A stretch of DNA of 26,083 bases from Nitrospiria bacterium (GCA_919902475.1 CAKKRA010000101.1:1-26083), one strand, 5' to 3'; positions 16,921 to 25,643 are shown, counted from the stretch's first letter. A program made the numbers and translations. The notes: generated by a model not told the origin, from the letters alone.

Positions 16921-16983
16921 CCTTTTCCCTTTGCCCTTTTCCCTTTGCTCTTTACGCTACACCCTATACCCTTCACCCTATAC
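16921..16983. repeat. Heptamer tandem array (family D), nine degenerate units
   Basis: ccttttc cctttgc ccttttc cctttgc tctttac gctacac cctatac ccttcac cctatac. Confidence 0.8.
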
Positions 16984-16988
16984 TTTAT

Positions 16989-18125
16989 CTATCTCCTTAT
17001 CGGCAGTCTTATGATAAAGGTTGTTCCTTTTCCATGCCTGGTTTTAAATTCTATCTTGCCGTCATGTGCCTCAATAATCTTATGCACAATTGCCAGACCA
17101 AGCCCTGTGCCCTGCTCCTTTGTTGTAAAAAATGGGTTGAATACCCTGTCTCCAATCTCCTTTGGAATGCCTGAGCCTGTATCAGAAATTTCAATAAATA
17201 TCCTCCCATATTGGATGCCGCTCTTAACAGTCAGCCTCCCGCCATTCGGCATAGCCTGAACTGCGTTCTGGATGATATTTAAGAATGCCATCCTTAATTC
17301 AAACGGATCAGCCTCAACAGCCGGCAGGGTCTTTAATGCCTTGATATCAAAATCTATCCTGTCTGCATCTTTAGCAAGAGAGACCATTGATATCACCTCT
17401 TTGATTAATGTATTCACATCTGTTTCCTCGAATATCGGCTGCGGCTTTTTAACAAAGGAAAGAAAGTTTGTTACAATGCGGTTAAGATTTTTTGTCTCTT
17501 TGATAATCGCATCTACTGCTGATGCGATTTCATCCTCTGACAGTCCTTTTTTAAGTAGCTCTGCATATCCTGCAATTGCAGAAAGCGGATTGCGTATTTC
17601 ATGGGCAACGCCTGCAGAAAGCTCTCCAACAGCAGCGAGCCTCTCCTTCAGCTTTATATCTGCCTCAAGCTCTTTTACATCTGTAATATCAGAAAACACC
17701 GCAATAACGCCTATCGGAGTTGCCTTATCATCGTAAAGTATAGATGTAGTTATACCGATCCATTTTATACTTCCATCTATTTTAACCTGTATCTGTTTTC
17801 TGTAATATGTCTCTCCATTCACTCCATTCTTAATAAGCTGGGCAACATGGCTATTACCTTTAAGGATATTCAAATAGCTCTTATCTTTTTCCTTTGTGCA
17901 GTCTATACCCAAAATACTGTCTGCAGAAGCATTGCAAAAGGTAACCAAACCATCCATGTTTATAACCATTACTCCGCTCGGAATGCACTGGAGAATGAGA
18001 TTGTTGTATTCCCTCATATCTTTGCTTAAGGCATTCTTTGGAAATCTCGGAATGGTATCTTTTCTGCGGGGTCTTGATTGATTTTTCATAGGATTTTTTT
18101 TGGGTTCATCCTGAGCCCTTAACAT
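16989..18125 (-). CDS. Cytoplasmic PAS-HisKA-HATPase sensor histidine kinase
   Basis: PAS (IPSGVMVINMDGLVTFCNASA), AHEIRNPL, NIIQNAVQAM, DTGSGI, FFTTKEQGTGLGL; no TM segment. Start uncertain (18125, 18089 or 18017). Confidence 0.93.
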   Translation of the reverse strand: MLRAQDEPKKNPMKNQSRPRRKDTIPRFPKNALSKDMREYNNLILQCIPSGVMVINMDGLVTFCNASADSILGIDCTKEKDKSYLNILKGNSHVAQLIKNGVNGETYYRKQIQVKIDGSIKWIGITTSILYDDKATPIGVIAVFSDITDVKELEADIKLKERLAAVGELSAGVAHEIRNPLSAIAGYAELLKKGLSEDEIASAVDAIIKETKNLNRIVTNFLSFVKKPQPIFEETDVNTLIKEVISMVSLAKDADRIDFDIKALKTLPAVEADPFELRMAFLNIIQNAVQAMPNGGRLTVKSGIQYGRIFIEISDTGSGIPKEIGDRVFNPFFTTKEQGTGLGLAIVHKIIEAHDGKIEFKTRHGKGTTFIIRLPIRR

Positions 18126-18192
18126 GAGATCAGTTGAACAATTGTTGAAGGCTATACACTTAAATATATCTCAATTTTATGATATGTCAAGG

Positions 18193-18642
18193 TCAATACC
18201 CTAAAACCTCAATCAAAAGGCTTATACCGAGGAGCATCTGAATCAATACCAAGCAGATTCCAGAGTAGTTTACAAGCATGTGTATTTTGGGAAGGTTGTC
18301 AGCGCCATGGCCATTTGATAATATATAACCCATTCCAACGCCTATGGCAAAGAGGAGCAGGATAATCATTCCTAAATATGCGTGCGGGCCTGAGTCAAAG
18401 AAAGGCCTTTCCAAAGTGTATTTATTTATAAGAAAGCCGAGAATAGAGCCAAGCGAAATAAGTATAAAAAAGAGAGCGCCCATATTAATGTGGGTGTTCC
18501 ACTTGAATGTTATATTTTGTCCTCTATATTTATCTAATTTGCTCTTGTACCTCTGCCATCCGAGATAGGCGGCATAAAAAAGAATTATTATCGAAATGAC
18601 CTGCAATATTGGATGGATTAATATCAGGCTAATTTGCGCCAT
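18193..18642 (-). CDS. DUF4079-like four-TM membrane protein with four histidines
   Basis: IHPILQ...GWQR...THINMG...SGPHAYLG...IHMLVN pattern; start probably ATG 18642 (ORF track 18678). Confidence 0.6.
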   Translation of the reverse strand: MAQISLILIHPILQVISIIILFYAAYLGWQRYKSKLDKYRGQNITFKWNTHINMGALFFILISLGSILGFLINKYTLERPFFDSGPHAYLGMIILLLFAIGVGMGYILSNGHGADNLPKIHMLVNYSGICLVLIQMLLGISLLIEVLGY

Positions 18643-19111
18643 ATCCGCGTGAAGATAGAATGCCGCTTGCTGCAGCAATAAGGCTTACAGTTAAGAGTAC
18701 CCAGTGCATTGCATTTAATCTCTTAAAGATGGCATTTACATCCGGCACCTCGCCTTTTACCATTCTCTCAAGCATCTTTTTTATAATAAAAGGCTCAAGT
18801 CCAAAGAGCATAACAACCCACATTACCCATATCATAAACATTATGGTTAGAAAGATTCCGTGTCCTGTAAAGAGCATCAAGTGCTTGCCAGTTATAAACG
18901 CCATTGTTAGACCTGTTATGCCGACAGTAGCAGCATAATACCTCGCAAGCTTAGCAAATCTGTGCTCAACCCTCTGAAAAGACATTGCCTTCTGAATAAT
19001 ATCCTCAATCTTATACAAGGAAGGGAAGATTATAATTGTTACAAAGGCAAGGCCTCCAAACCACAGAATAACTGTGAGTACATGAATAATAAGCAACAAA
19101 GTAAATAACAT
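18629..19111 (-). CDS. Four-TM membrane protein (CopD/DUF4149-like N-terminal HxxxxxxWxGG motif)
   Basis: HVLTVILWFGGLAF; strong RBS GGAGGAG; four hydrophobic segments. Family tentative. Confidence 0.7.
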   Translation of the reverse strand: MLFTLLLIIHVLTVILWFGGLAFVTIIIFPSLYKIEDIIQKAMSFQRVEHRFAKLARYYAATVGITGLTMAFITGKHLMLFTGHGIFLTIMFMIWVMWVVMLFGLEPFIIKKMLERMVKGEVPDVNAIFKRLNAMHWVLLTVSLIAAASGILSSRGYGAN

Positions 19112-19134
19112 CTATCTCCTCCTCTGTAAAAACT

Positions 19135-19164
19135 GTCATTCCCGCATCTTTTTAGCGGGAATCC
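19135..19164. repeat. GTCATTCCC...GGGAATCC hairpin (family C half-unit) overlapping the yggU 3' end
   Basis: GTCATTCCCGC-ATCTTTTTA-GCGGGAATCC. Confidence 0.8.
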
Positions 19165-19460
19165 ACTCCTAATAAGTCTTGAAGTATTTCTACCACATCT
19201 GCCTTCCCAAGTCCTATGATCTTTATCAGCTTATCTTTTGATTTCTCACCCTTGATTATCTCAAGCTGTGATTTCGCTATTTTAAATCTCTTTGATAAAA
19301 ATTCAATGCAGCGCCTGTTTGCCTCTCCTTCAACTGGCGGCGATGTCAGCTTTATCTTCAATGCGCCATTGTATTCACCAACAATCTCATCCTTAGAAGC
19401 GCGCGGCTGAATCCTCACAGGCAGGATTACGCCTTCATTATCCTCCACTAAATTTAACAT
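19152..19460 (-). CDS. yggU: DUF167 / YggU family protein
   Basis: VRIQPRASKDEIVG, LKIKLTSPPVEGEAN, IIKGEKSKDK. Start at 19460 or 19463; the ORF-track extension to 19502 is repeat-derived. Confidence 0.92.
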   Translation of the reverse strand: MLNLVEDNEGVILPVRIQPRASKDEIVGEYNGALKIKLTSPPVEGEANRRCIEFLSKRFKIAKSQLEIIKGEKSKDKLIKIIGLGKADVVEILQDLLGVDSR

Positions 19461-19474
19461 CATAGATGATAACC

Positions 19475-19598
19475 CAGATTTAGTCAGAGGGGTCAGATGC
19501 AAGGCGGAGCGAGGGCTCGCACCGCAGCATACATGTTAGTATGTGAGGATGCGAGGCCGATGCGACAACGCAGCAGATGACCCCTATCACTAAATCTG
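19475..19598. repeat. Dispersed palindromic element family A, copy 2
   Basis: Core 19495-19578; closed by 21-bp inverted repeats CAGATTTAGTCAGAGGGGTCA / TGACCCCTATCACTAAATCTG (2 mismatches). Confidence 0.92.
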
Positions 19599-19603
19599 CA
19601 ACA

Positions 19604-20107
19604 TTATTTCTCTTTGGGTTTTAAGAACCTCACATTGTCTTCTCTTATCTCGTCCTCCTTATCCTCCTCCTCCATGCTTATCATCTTCTGGAAGGTTCTG
19701 ATTATACCCTTGATTTTTTCAAGATAGAGCACCTTCTGTTTCTTTAAATCATTTAATTCCTTTTTCAGGTTTGCAATCTCTTTATGCACATCCTTAATCA
19801 GGCTGTCAGCCTTAAGCTCTGCCTCTTTTATAATAAGCTCTGCCTCTTTCAGTGCATTGCCCTTAAGATTCTCAACAATCTGCTGCGCATTCATCAGGGT
19901 GTCTTTTAAGGTTGTCTCCTTTTTCTTAAAATCAAGTATCTTTGCCTCTTTCTTTGCAAGCTCCTCTTTGAGATAATTATTCTCCTTAATAAGGGTTTCA
20001 AACTCCCTTGTTAAAAGGTCAAGAAAGGAGTTTACCTCTTTTACATCAAACCCCCTGAACTTCACCCCAAAGTTCTTTTGCTGTATATCCAATGGCGTTA
20101 TCTTCAT
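19604..20107 (-). CDS. divIVA: DivIVA-domain protein
   Basis: MKITPLDIQQKNFGVKFRGFDVKEVNSFLD followed by coiled coil; RBS GGAGGAGG. Confidence 0.93.
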   Translation of the reverse strand: MKITPLDIQQKNFGVKFRGFDVKEVNSFLDLLTREFETLIKENNYLKEELAKKEAKILDFKKKETTLKDTLMNAQQIVENLKGNALKEAELIIKEAELKADSLIKDVHKEIANLKKELNDLKKQKVLYLEKIKGIIRTFQKMISMEEEDKEDEIREDNVRFLKPKEK

Positions 20108-20130
20108 TTTTCACCTCCTCCAATTATTCA

Positions 20131-20235
20131 GTCATTCCTGCGAAACCTGTCCCTCTATGTCATTCCTGCGTGTATCTGGCAGGAATCCAGTCTTGTACAT
20201 TATGGATTCCCGCTCAAAAACTCCGCGGGAATGAC
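20131..20235. repeat. Composite family C element (GTCATTCC...GGAATCC...GGATTCC...GGAATGAC)
   Basis: GTCATTCCTGCG at 20131 and 20159, GCAGGAATCC at 20179, GGATTCCCGC at 20204, CGCGGGAATGAC at 20224-20235. Confidence 0.85.
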
Positions 20236-20242
20236 ATCTTCC

Positions 20243-20542
20243 TTACCTCAAACTATTCGCCAATTGCAACAATGATATAACCAAAAAATTCTGCAAAAAG
20301 AATATTGCCATAATTACAATTATCGGCGATATATCAATTCCGATTTTATGAATTGGAATTATCCTTCTTATCGGCGACAGCACTGGCTCTGTTATCCTGT
20401 ATAAAAACTGCACAATAGGATTGTATGGATCTGGGTTCACCCATGATATTAAAGCCCTTGCAATGATAACCCACATATAGATTGTAAGGCCATAATCAAG
20501 AATCTTTGCCAAAGCGCTTATAAAATTTGCCAAGATAAACAT
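20243..20542 (-). CDS. yggT: YggT family membrane protein
   Basis: IIARALISWVNPDPYNPIVQFLYRITEPVLSPIRR, GIDISPI; TAATG coupling to proC. Confidence 0.95.
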   Translation of the reverse strand: MFILANFISALAKILDYGLTIYMWVIIARALISWVNPDPYNPIVQFLYRITEPVLSPIRRIIPIHKIGIDISPIIVIMAIFFLQNFLVISLLQLANSLR

Positions 20543-21342
20543 TATCCTCTCCTTCCAAGTTCCTCTGCCCTTTTTTCTGCTGCCTGTAATGCATCTATCA
20601 CTATACCTTTTAGTCCTTTTTCATCAAAAACCTTTAGCCCTGCTGCTGTTGTTCCTCCCGGCGAAGTTACCATCTCCCTGAGTTTTGCTGGAGGCATACC
20701 AGTATCAAGGAGTTTTGCTGTGCCAATAAGCGTCTGAATTGCAAGCTCTGAGGCATTATCCATGTCTAAACCCATTTTCACACCACCCTCTATCATACCC
20801 TCAATAAATAGTGCAATAAATGCAGGGCCGCTGCCTGACAATGCTGTAACTGCATTCATATATTTTTCTGGAAGTGTTAATACTTTCCCAATAGACATAA
20901 AAATCTCTCTGACTGCGGCAATGTCCTTATCAGAAAAACATTCGCAGAGGGATAATACACTCATGCCTTCCTGAACAAGCGCTGGTGTATTCGGCATTAC
21001 ACGGATGAGCTTCTTTGTCTTTAGCTTTGATTGAAGATAAGAAAGTGTTATGCCTGCTGCTATTGACACAACAGTCTTCTCATCTGTAATAACATCGGAT
21101 ATCTCATCCAGAACTGCTACTATATTTTGGGGCTTGACTGCAAGGATGATTATGTTGCAAGAAGCTGCCACATCTTTATTAGAAGATGTTGTCTTTATCT
21201 TATAGGTTTCCTCTAAATATCTTCTCCTATCTTCTCTGGGCTCTGATACAAAGATATTCATACTCCGAACCCCGAACTCAGAACTCCGAACTCCTTTTAT
21301 CAGTGCCTCTGCCATATTTCCACCGCCAATAAAGCCTATCAT
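20542..21342 (-). CDS. proC: Pyrroline-5-carboxylate reductase
   Basis: GFIGGGNMAEA, LAVKPQ, RVMPNTP, TALSGSGPA, VTSPGGTT. Confidence 0.97.
   Translation of the reverse strand: MIGFIGGGNMAEALIKGVRSSEFGVRSMNIFVSEPREDRRRYLEETYKIKTTSSNKDVAASCNIIILAVKPQNIVAVLDEISDVITDEKTVVSIAAGITLSYLQSKLKTKKLIRVMPNTPALVQEGMSVLSLCECFSDKDIAAVREIFMSIGKVLTLPEKYMNAVTALSGSGPAFIALFIEGMIEGGVKMGLDMDNASELAIQTLIGTAKLLDTGMPPAKLREMVTSPGGTTAAGLKVFDEKGLKGIVIDALQAAEKRAEELGRRG
21260..21294. repeat. Heptamer tandem array (family D) inside proC
   Basis: Minus strand GGAGTTC GGAGTTC TGAGTTC GGGGTTC GGAGTAT, encoding GVRSSEFGVRS. Confidence 0.85.
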
Positions 21343-21346
21343 CTTT

Positions 21347-22027
21347 TTATTTCCTCTCCCCGAATATTGCAGTTCCTATCCTTACCATTGTAGCTCCCTC
21401 TTCTATAGCTATCTCAAAGTCATGAGACATGCCCATAGAAAGCTCAGGCAATCTAAACCCTCTTTTTTCTGCTTCATCCCTTATCTCACACAGCCTCTTA
21501 AAATATGGCCTCGTCTTTTCAGCATCATCAAAAAAAGGCGGAATTGTCATTAAGCCGAGTATCTTTATATTCTCAAACTCAGATGCCCTCTCAATTAGCG
21601 GCAAGAGTCCATTCTCTGTCATACCAAATTTGGATTCCTCTTCTGAAAGCTTCACCTCTATAAGTATCTCCTGAACAATATCCCTCTTTTTTGCCTGCTT
21701 GTCTATCTCCTCTAACAATCTCAGGCTGTCAACAACGTGGATAAGCTCAAAGCTTCCAACTACATCTTTAACCTTGTTTGTCTGCAGATGTCCTATAAAA
21801 TGCCACAAGGCTATTTTGCCTATCTCCTTTAACTTTGGAAGCGCCTCCTGAACACGATTCTCTCCAAAAATTCTTAAACCAGCCTCTACTGCCTCTTTTA
21901 TTCTATTTACATCAACTGTCTTTGTTACGGTAACAAGTTTTATTTCTTTTGCATTCCTGCCAACCTTTTCTGCCGCTCTTTTTATCCTGTTTTGAACATT
22001 CTCAATATTCTCAGCTATTGTGCTCAT
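21347..22027 (-). CDS. yggS: PLP homeostasis protein YggS family
   Basis: VTVTKT, FGENRVQE, WHFIGHLQTNK, GLMTIPP, LSMGMSHDF, GATMVRIGTAIFG. Confidence 0.96.
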   Translation of the reverse strand: MSTIAENIENVQNRIKRAAEKVGRNAKEIKLVTVTKTVDVNRIKEAVEAGLRIFGENRVQEALPKLKEIGKIALWHFIGHLQTNKVKDVVGSFELIHVVDSLRLLEEIDKQAKKRDIVQEILIEVKLSEEESKFGMTENGLLPLIERASEFENIKILGLMTIPPFFDDAEKTRPYFKRLCEIRDEAEKRGFRLPELSMGMSHDFEIAIEEGATMVRIGTAIFGERK

Positions 22028-22031
22028 AAAA

Positions 22032-22790
22032 TTACTTTTTAATCATCACCACAGAAATCATCCTTCCAGTTCCAGCGCCATCCCTTCTGTAGGAATAAAA
22101 CATGTCTGGATAGCAGGATGTGCACAGGCTGACTATATTTATATTTGCCGGCTTCAGGCCTGTTTCTATAAGCTGCTCCCTGTTTATCATCTGAAGGTCT
22201 ATATGCCACTTATTCTCTTTTTTTTGAACACTAAATCTGTTCAGATAATTAAATTCCTTTTCCATAGGCTCAATCACCTTTTCATCTACCTCATAACAGC
22301 ACTGCCCAATGGAAGGCCCTATGCCCGCAATCATATCCTCTGGTTTTGAGCCAAAACTGTCTGACATCTTTTTTACGGTCTTCTGCAAAATCCTCTTTGC
22401 TGTGCCCCTCCAGCCTGCATGAACTGCTGCAACAATCCTCTTCTTTCTATCAATTAAAAGAACAGGCACACAGTCTGCTGTAACAACACTAATGGCAATA
22501 CCAGAATTATTTGTAATATGGGCATCAAATCCCTCATCTGCTTCAGATACCCTTCTCTCTGCATTATGCACAAAGATTGCATCGCTGTGGGTCTGGTTGA
22601 TTGTTGCAACCTGAGCCTTTTCTAAATTCAATATCTTTGCAGCGATCTCCTTTAAAGCTCCGTTTGTCTCTACCCCTGAATCCCTCTGCTTTATTATAAA
22701 TGAGTGCCTGATAAAGTCTATTCTATCCAGTACAGGAATAGAAAGCCATCTGTTGCCATTAACCTCATTTATAATATAATTCTGTTTCAT
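22032..22790 (-). CDS. pgeF: PgeF/YfiH peptidoglycan editing factor (purine nucleoside phosphorylase-like)
   Basis: NQTHS, TADCVPV, AVHAGWRG, GPSIGQCCYEV, CTSC...FYSYRR. Confidence 0.93.
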   Translation of the reverse strand: MKQNYIINEVNGNRWLSIPVLDRIDFIRHSFIIKQRDSGVETNGALKEIAAKILNLEKAQVATINQTHSDAIFVHNAERRVSEADEGFDAHITNNSGIAISVVTADCVPVLLIDRKKRIVAAVHAGWRGTAKRILQKTVKKMSDSFGSKPEDMIAGIGPSIGQCCYEVDEKVIEPMEKEFNYLNRFSVQKKENKWHIDLQMINREQLIETGLKPANINIVSLCTSCYPDMFYSYRRDGAGTGRMISVVMIKK

Positions 22791-22802
22791 CTAAAACACC
22801 TT

Positions 22803-24470
22803 TTATGCCATTGCCTCTTTATACTCCTTTATCAGCAGCTCCTTTTTTACTCCAACATCTATAAAACTCCATGGAAGCATTTCATCTAATTGCCTCTCCC
22901 TTACAGCATAGAAGTCGCTGTTAAAAGCCGTTTCCCTCATTGCCCTCTTCCAATAGCCATCCGATTTATATGCAGACTCAATAAGATTACCAACCCTTCT
23001 GTTCCCCCTTGAGAGTATGCCCTGTATATATGCCCATTTTGGCACATCTGTTGTTATAAATACATTATCAATCTTTGATATATTCTTTTTTAGAAATTTC
23101 AATTTACGATTCAATGAATCTACATCATCCATCTTACACCACTGAAAGGGCGTATGCGGCTTCGGAACAAAGGAGCTGATGCTCAATGTAATCCTGCCAA
23201 GTTGACCCTTTTTTCTTCCTATCTCAAGTAATATCTCTTTTACCTTCTTTGTTATATCAATTATAGCATTAATATCCTCATCTGTCTCTGTTGGCAGCCC
23301 AATCATAAAATATAGCTTCAGATTCGGAATATTATTGGATAATATCAGCCTTGCTGCCTTAAGGATATCTGCCTCTGTAATGTCCTTTTTTATAACCCTT
23401 CTTAATCTCTCTGAACCAGCCTCAGGGGCAATTGCAATAGTCTTGTGTCCGCTCTCTGACAGCCTCTTAATCAATACCTCTGAAACAGAATCTGCCCTTA
23501 GTGATGATACTGAAATCTCTTTGCTTGAGCCAATACAAATCTCATTTATATACGGATAATCAGACACTGCAGCGCCAACAAAGCCGGTCCTTTTTGTAAA
23601 TTTCTCTCCTTCTGCAACCGCTGCCAACACCTTATCCGCCTTTCTGTATCTCAACGGCCTGTAGGCATAGCCTTCAAGGCAAAATCTGCATGCCCTGCCG
23701 CATCCCCTCCCAACCTCTACAAGAAGCATATTCTCAAATTCTGTATTATGTGTAAAGACCCTTGTTTTAGCAATATACTTGTCAATATCTTTTATCCATC
23801 TCTTCTTAATCCGCTCTGGCGCTCCATCCTTTGATATCATAGCTCTTATAGTTCCATCTTCGTTATAATCTATATCATACAGTTCTGGCACATAACAGCC
23901 ATCAATTTGTGCCATTCTTTTTAGCGTCTCCCTTTTGCCTTTTTCCATCTCCTCTTTATATTTGTCCATTATCTCATTTATAATCTCTTCGCCTTCGCCA
24001 ACAGCAATCAAATCAATAAAATCTGTTAATGGCTCAGGATTAAAAAAGGCGCAGACGCCGCCCATTACCACAAGAGGCTCTTTTTCAGACCTTTCAGTCT
24101 TTTTATATGGTATCCCTGCTAAACCAAGTATCTTTAAGATATTTATATAATCATTCTCAAATGAAACAGAAAATGCAACTATGTCAAAGTCCTTTATCCT
24201 CGTCTGGCTCTCTAATGAAATGAGCGAGGTTTCTGTCCTTTTATATTCATCAATCTCATCTTCATCAGGCAGAAATGCCCTTTCGCATACAATGTCATCC
24301 CTCTGATTCAGGTAATAATAAATATTCTGAAATCCGAGATTAGACATCCCGACATAATAGGTATTCGGATATATAATGGCAACCTTTATCCTTCCATGAT
24401 GGTCTTTATATATCGTCCCCCTTTCATCTTTTAAAAGCCTCTTCTGCTTTTCAATAAGCTTCCATGTCAT
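22803..24470 (-). CDS. Radical SAM protein with N-terminal cobalamin-binding-like domain, function unknown
   Basis: YPNTYYVGMSNLG, FSVSFENDY, EVGRGCGRACRFC (CxxxCxxC), APEAGSERLR, YFMIGLPTE, FVPKPHTPFQW. Confidence 0.88.
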   Translation of the reverse strand: MTWKLIEKQKRLLKDERGTIYKDHHGRIKVAIIYPNTYYVGMSNLGFQNIYYYLNQRDDIVCERAFLPDEDEIDEYKRTETSLISLESQTRIKDFDIVAFSVSFENDYINILKILGLAGIPYKKTERSEKEPLVVMGGVCAFFNPEPLTDFIDLIAVGEGEEIINEIMDKYKEEMEKGKRETLKRMAQIDGCYVPELYDIDYNEDGTIRAMISKDGAPERIKKRWIKDIDKYIAKTRVFTHNTEFENMLLVEVGRGCGRACRFCLEGYAYRPLRYRKADKVLAAVAEGEKFTKRTGFVGAAVSDYPYINEICIGSSKEISVSSLRADSVSEVLIKRLSESGHKTIAIAPEAGSERLRRVIKKDITEADILKAARLILSNNIPNLKLYFMIGLPTETDEDINAIIDITKKVKEILLEIGRKKGQLGRITLSISSFVPKPHTPFQWCKMDDVDSLNRKLKFLKKNISKIDNVFITTDVPKWAYIQGILSRGNRRVGNLIESAYKSDGYWKRAMRETAFNSDFYAVRERQLDEMLPWSFIDVGVKKELLIKEYKEAMA

Positions 24471-24473
24471 TCG

Positions 24474-25625
24474 TTAATCTGCCTGTTTTCTAAGGAACGT
24501 CGGCACATCCCACTCATCATCAAATATCCCCATCTCCTCATTCCTGAAGTCGCTGTTCACAACCTTTCTCAGAAAGGCAGGCTTGTCAATATTCTTAAAT
24601 GCCAGGGATTTTACATTTGCATTCTTTGCCGGCAGAGCGGTTGTGGACTGCATATCCTTTACCTTCTCTTTATCAAATCCTGTTGCGATTATTGTAACCT
24701 GAATAATATCCTCAAAATCAGGGTTTACAACAGAGCCGAATATGATATTTGCATCAGGGTCTGCAGCCTCTTTAATTATTGATGATGCAGCGTCAACATC
24801 ATGAAGCGTCAAATCAATGCCGCCTGTGATATTTATCAGCACGCCCTGCGCGCCTTCAATGGAGTTGTCCTCAAGGAGCGGGCTTGATATTGCCTTCTGC
24901 GCTGCCTCTATTGCCCTGTTCTCTCCCCTTGATATGCCCATTCCCATAATAGCCCTGCCCATGTGCGACATAATTGTCCTTACATCTGCAAAATCCACAT
25001 TAACAAGGCCTGCAATGGTTATAAGGTCGGAGATGCCCTGCACTGCCTGCCTTAATATATCATCAGCAATCTTGAATGATTCTGTCAACGGTGTCTTCTT
25101 ATCAACAACACTTAAGAGCTTCTGATTCGGAATCACTATTAATGTGTCTACATACTTCTTTAGTTCCCTTAATCCCTCTTCTGCCCTCTGCAGCCTCTTT
25201 CCACCTTCAAATGAGAACGGCTTTGTAACCACTCCAACTGTAAGCGCGCCGATCTCCCTTGCTATATTTGCAATTACAGGCGCAGCGCCGGTCCCTGTCC
25301 CGCCGCCCAGACCAGCGGTCACAAAAACCATGTCTGAACCTGTTAATACATCCTTTATCTTGTCTATATCCTCTAACGCTGCATCCCTGCCGATATCAGG
25401 ATTAGCGCCTGCGCCAAGCCCTTTAGTCAGCTTTGCGCCGAGCTGTATCTTGTGAGGCGCCTCTGACTTGCTGAGGACCTGAAGGTCTGTATTTGCTGCA
25501 ATAAACTCAATACCTGTGAGTTCTGCCGCAATCATTGAATTGATTGCATTGCAGCCGCCTCCTCCAACACCTATAACCTTAATCCTTGCACCCTGTAATT
25601 CTTCTACTTCATCAAATTCAAACAT
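24474..25625 (-). CDS. ftsZ: Cell division protein FtsZ
   Basis: [32 protein letters not shown]-terminal DVPTFLRK. Confidence 0.99.
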   Translation of the reverse strand: MFEFDEVEELQGARIKVIGVGGGGCNAINSMIAAELTGIEFIAANTDLQVLSKSEAPHKIQLGAKLTKGLGAGANPDIGRDAALEDIDKIKDVLTGSDMVFVTAGLGGGTGTGAAPVIANIAREIGALTVGVVTKPFSFEGGKRLQRAEEGLRELKKYVDTLIVIPNQKLLSVVDKKTPLTESFKIADDILRQAVQGISDLITIAGLVNVDFADVRTIMSHMGRAIMGMGISRGENRAIEAAQKAISSPLLEDNSIEGAQGVLINITGGIDLTLHDVDAASSIIKEAADPDANIIFGSVVNPDFEDIIQVTIIATGFDKEKVKDMQSTTALPAKNANVKSLAFKNIDKPAFLRKVVNSDFRNEEMGIFDDEWDVPTFLRKQAD

Positions 25626-25643
25626 TAAAGCCTCCTTTCATGC

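Noticed and set aside
18135-18148. TGAACAATTGTTGA as a LexA-like operator upstream of the kinase
   Set aside because: Imperfect GAAC-N4-GTTC match, single copy, and no SOS gene context; could be chance in AT-rich DNA.
19461-19502. ORF-track N-terminal extension of yggU
   Set aside because: It starts inside the family A repeat and precedes the conserved DUF167 N-terminus.
20078-20280. Two short + strand ORFs (65 and 62 aa)
   Set aside because: Read through the family C repeat and antisense to divIVA/yggT ends; repeat-derived.
16921-21294. CRISPR array interpretation of the heptamer and REP-like repeats
   Set aside because: No constant 23-47 bp repeats with unique spacers, and no cas genes.
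1735-25455. Many 60-230 aa ORF-track ORFs opposite or inside recognised genes (e.g. 12900-13595, 17272-17736, 24817-25125)
   Set aside because: They overlap well-supported genes, lack recognisable motifs and RBSs, and show typical antisense composition.
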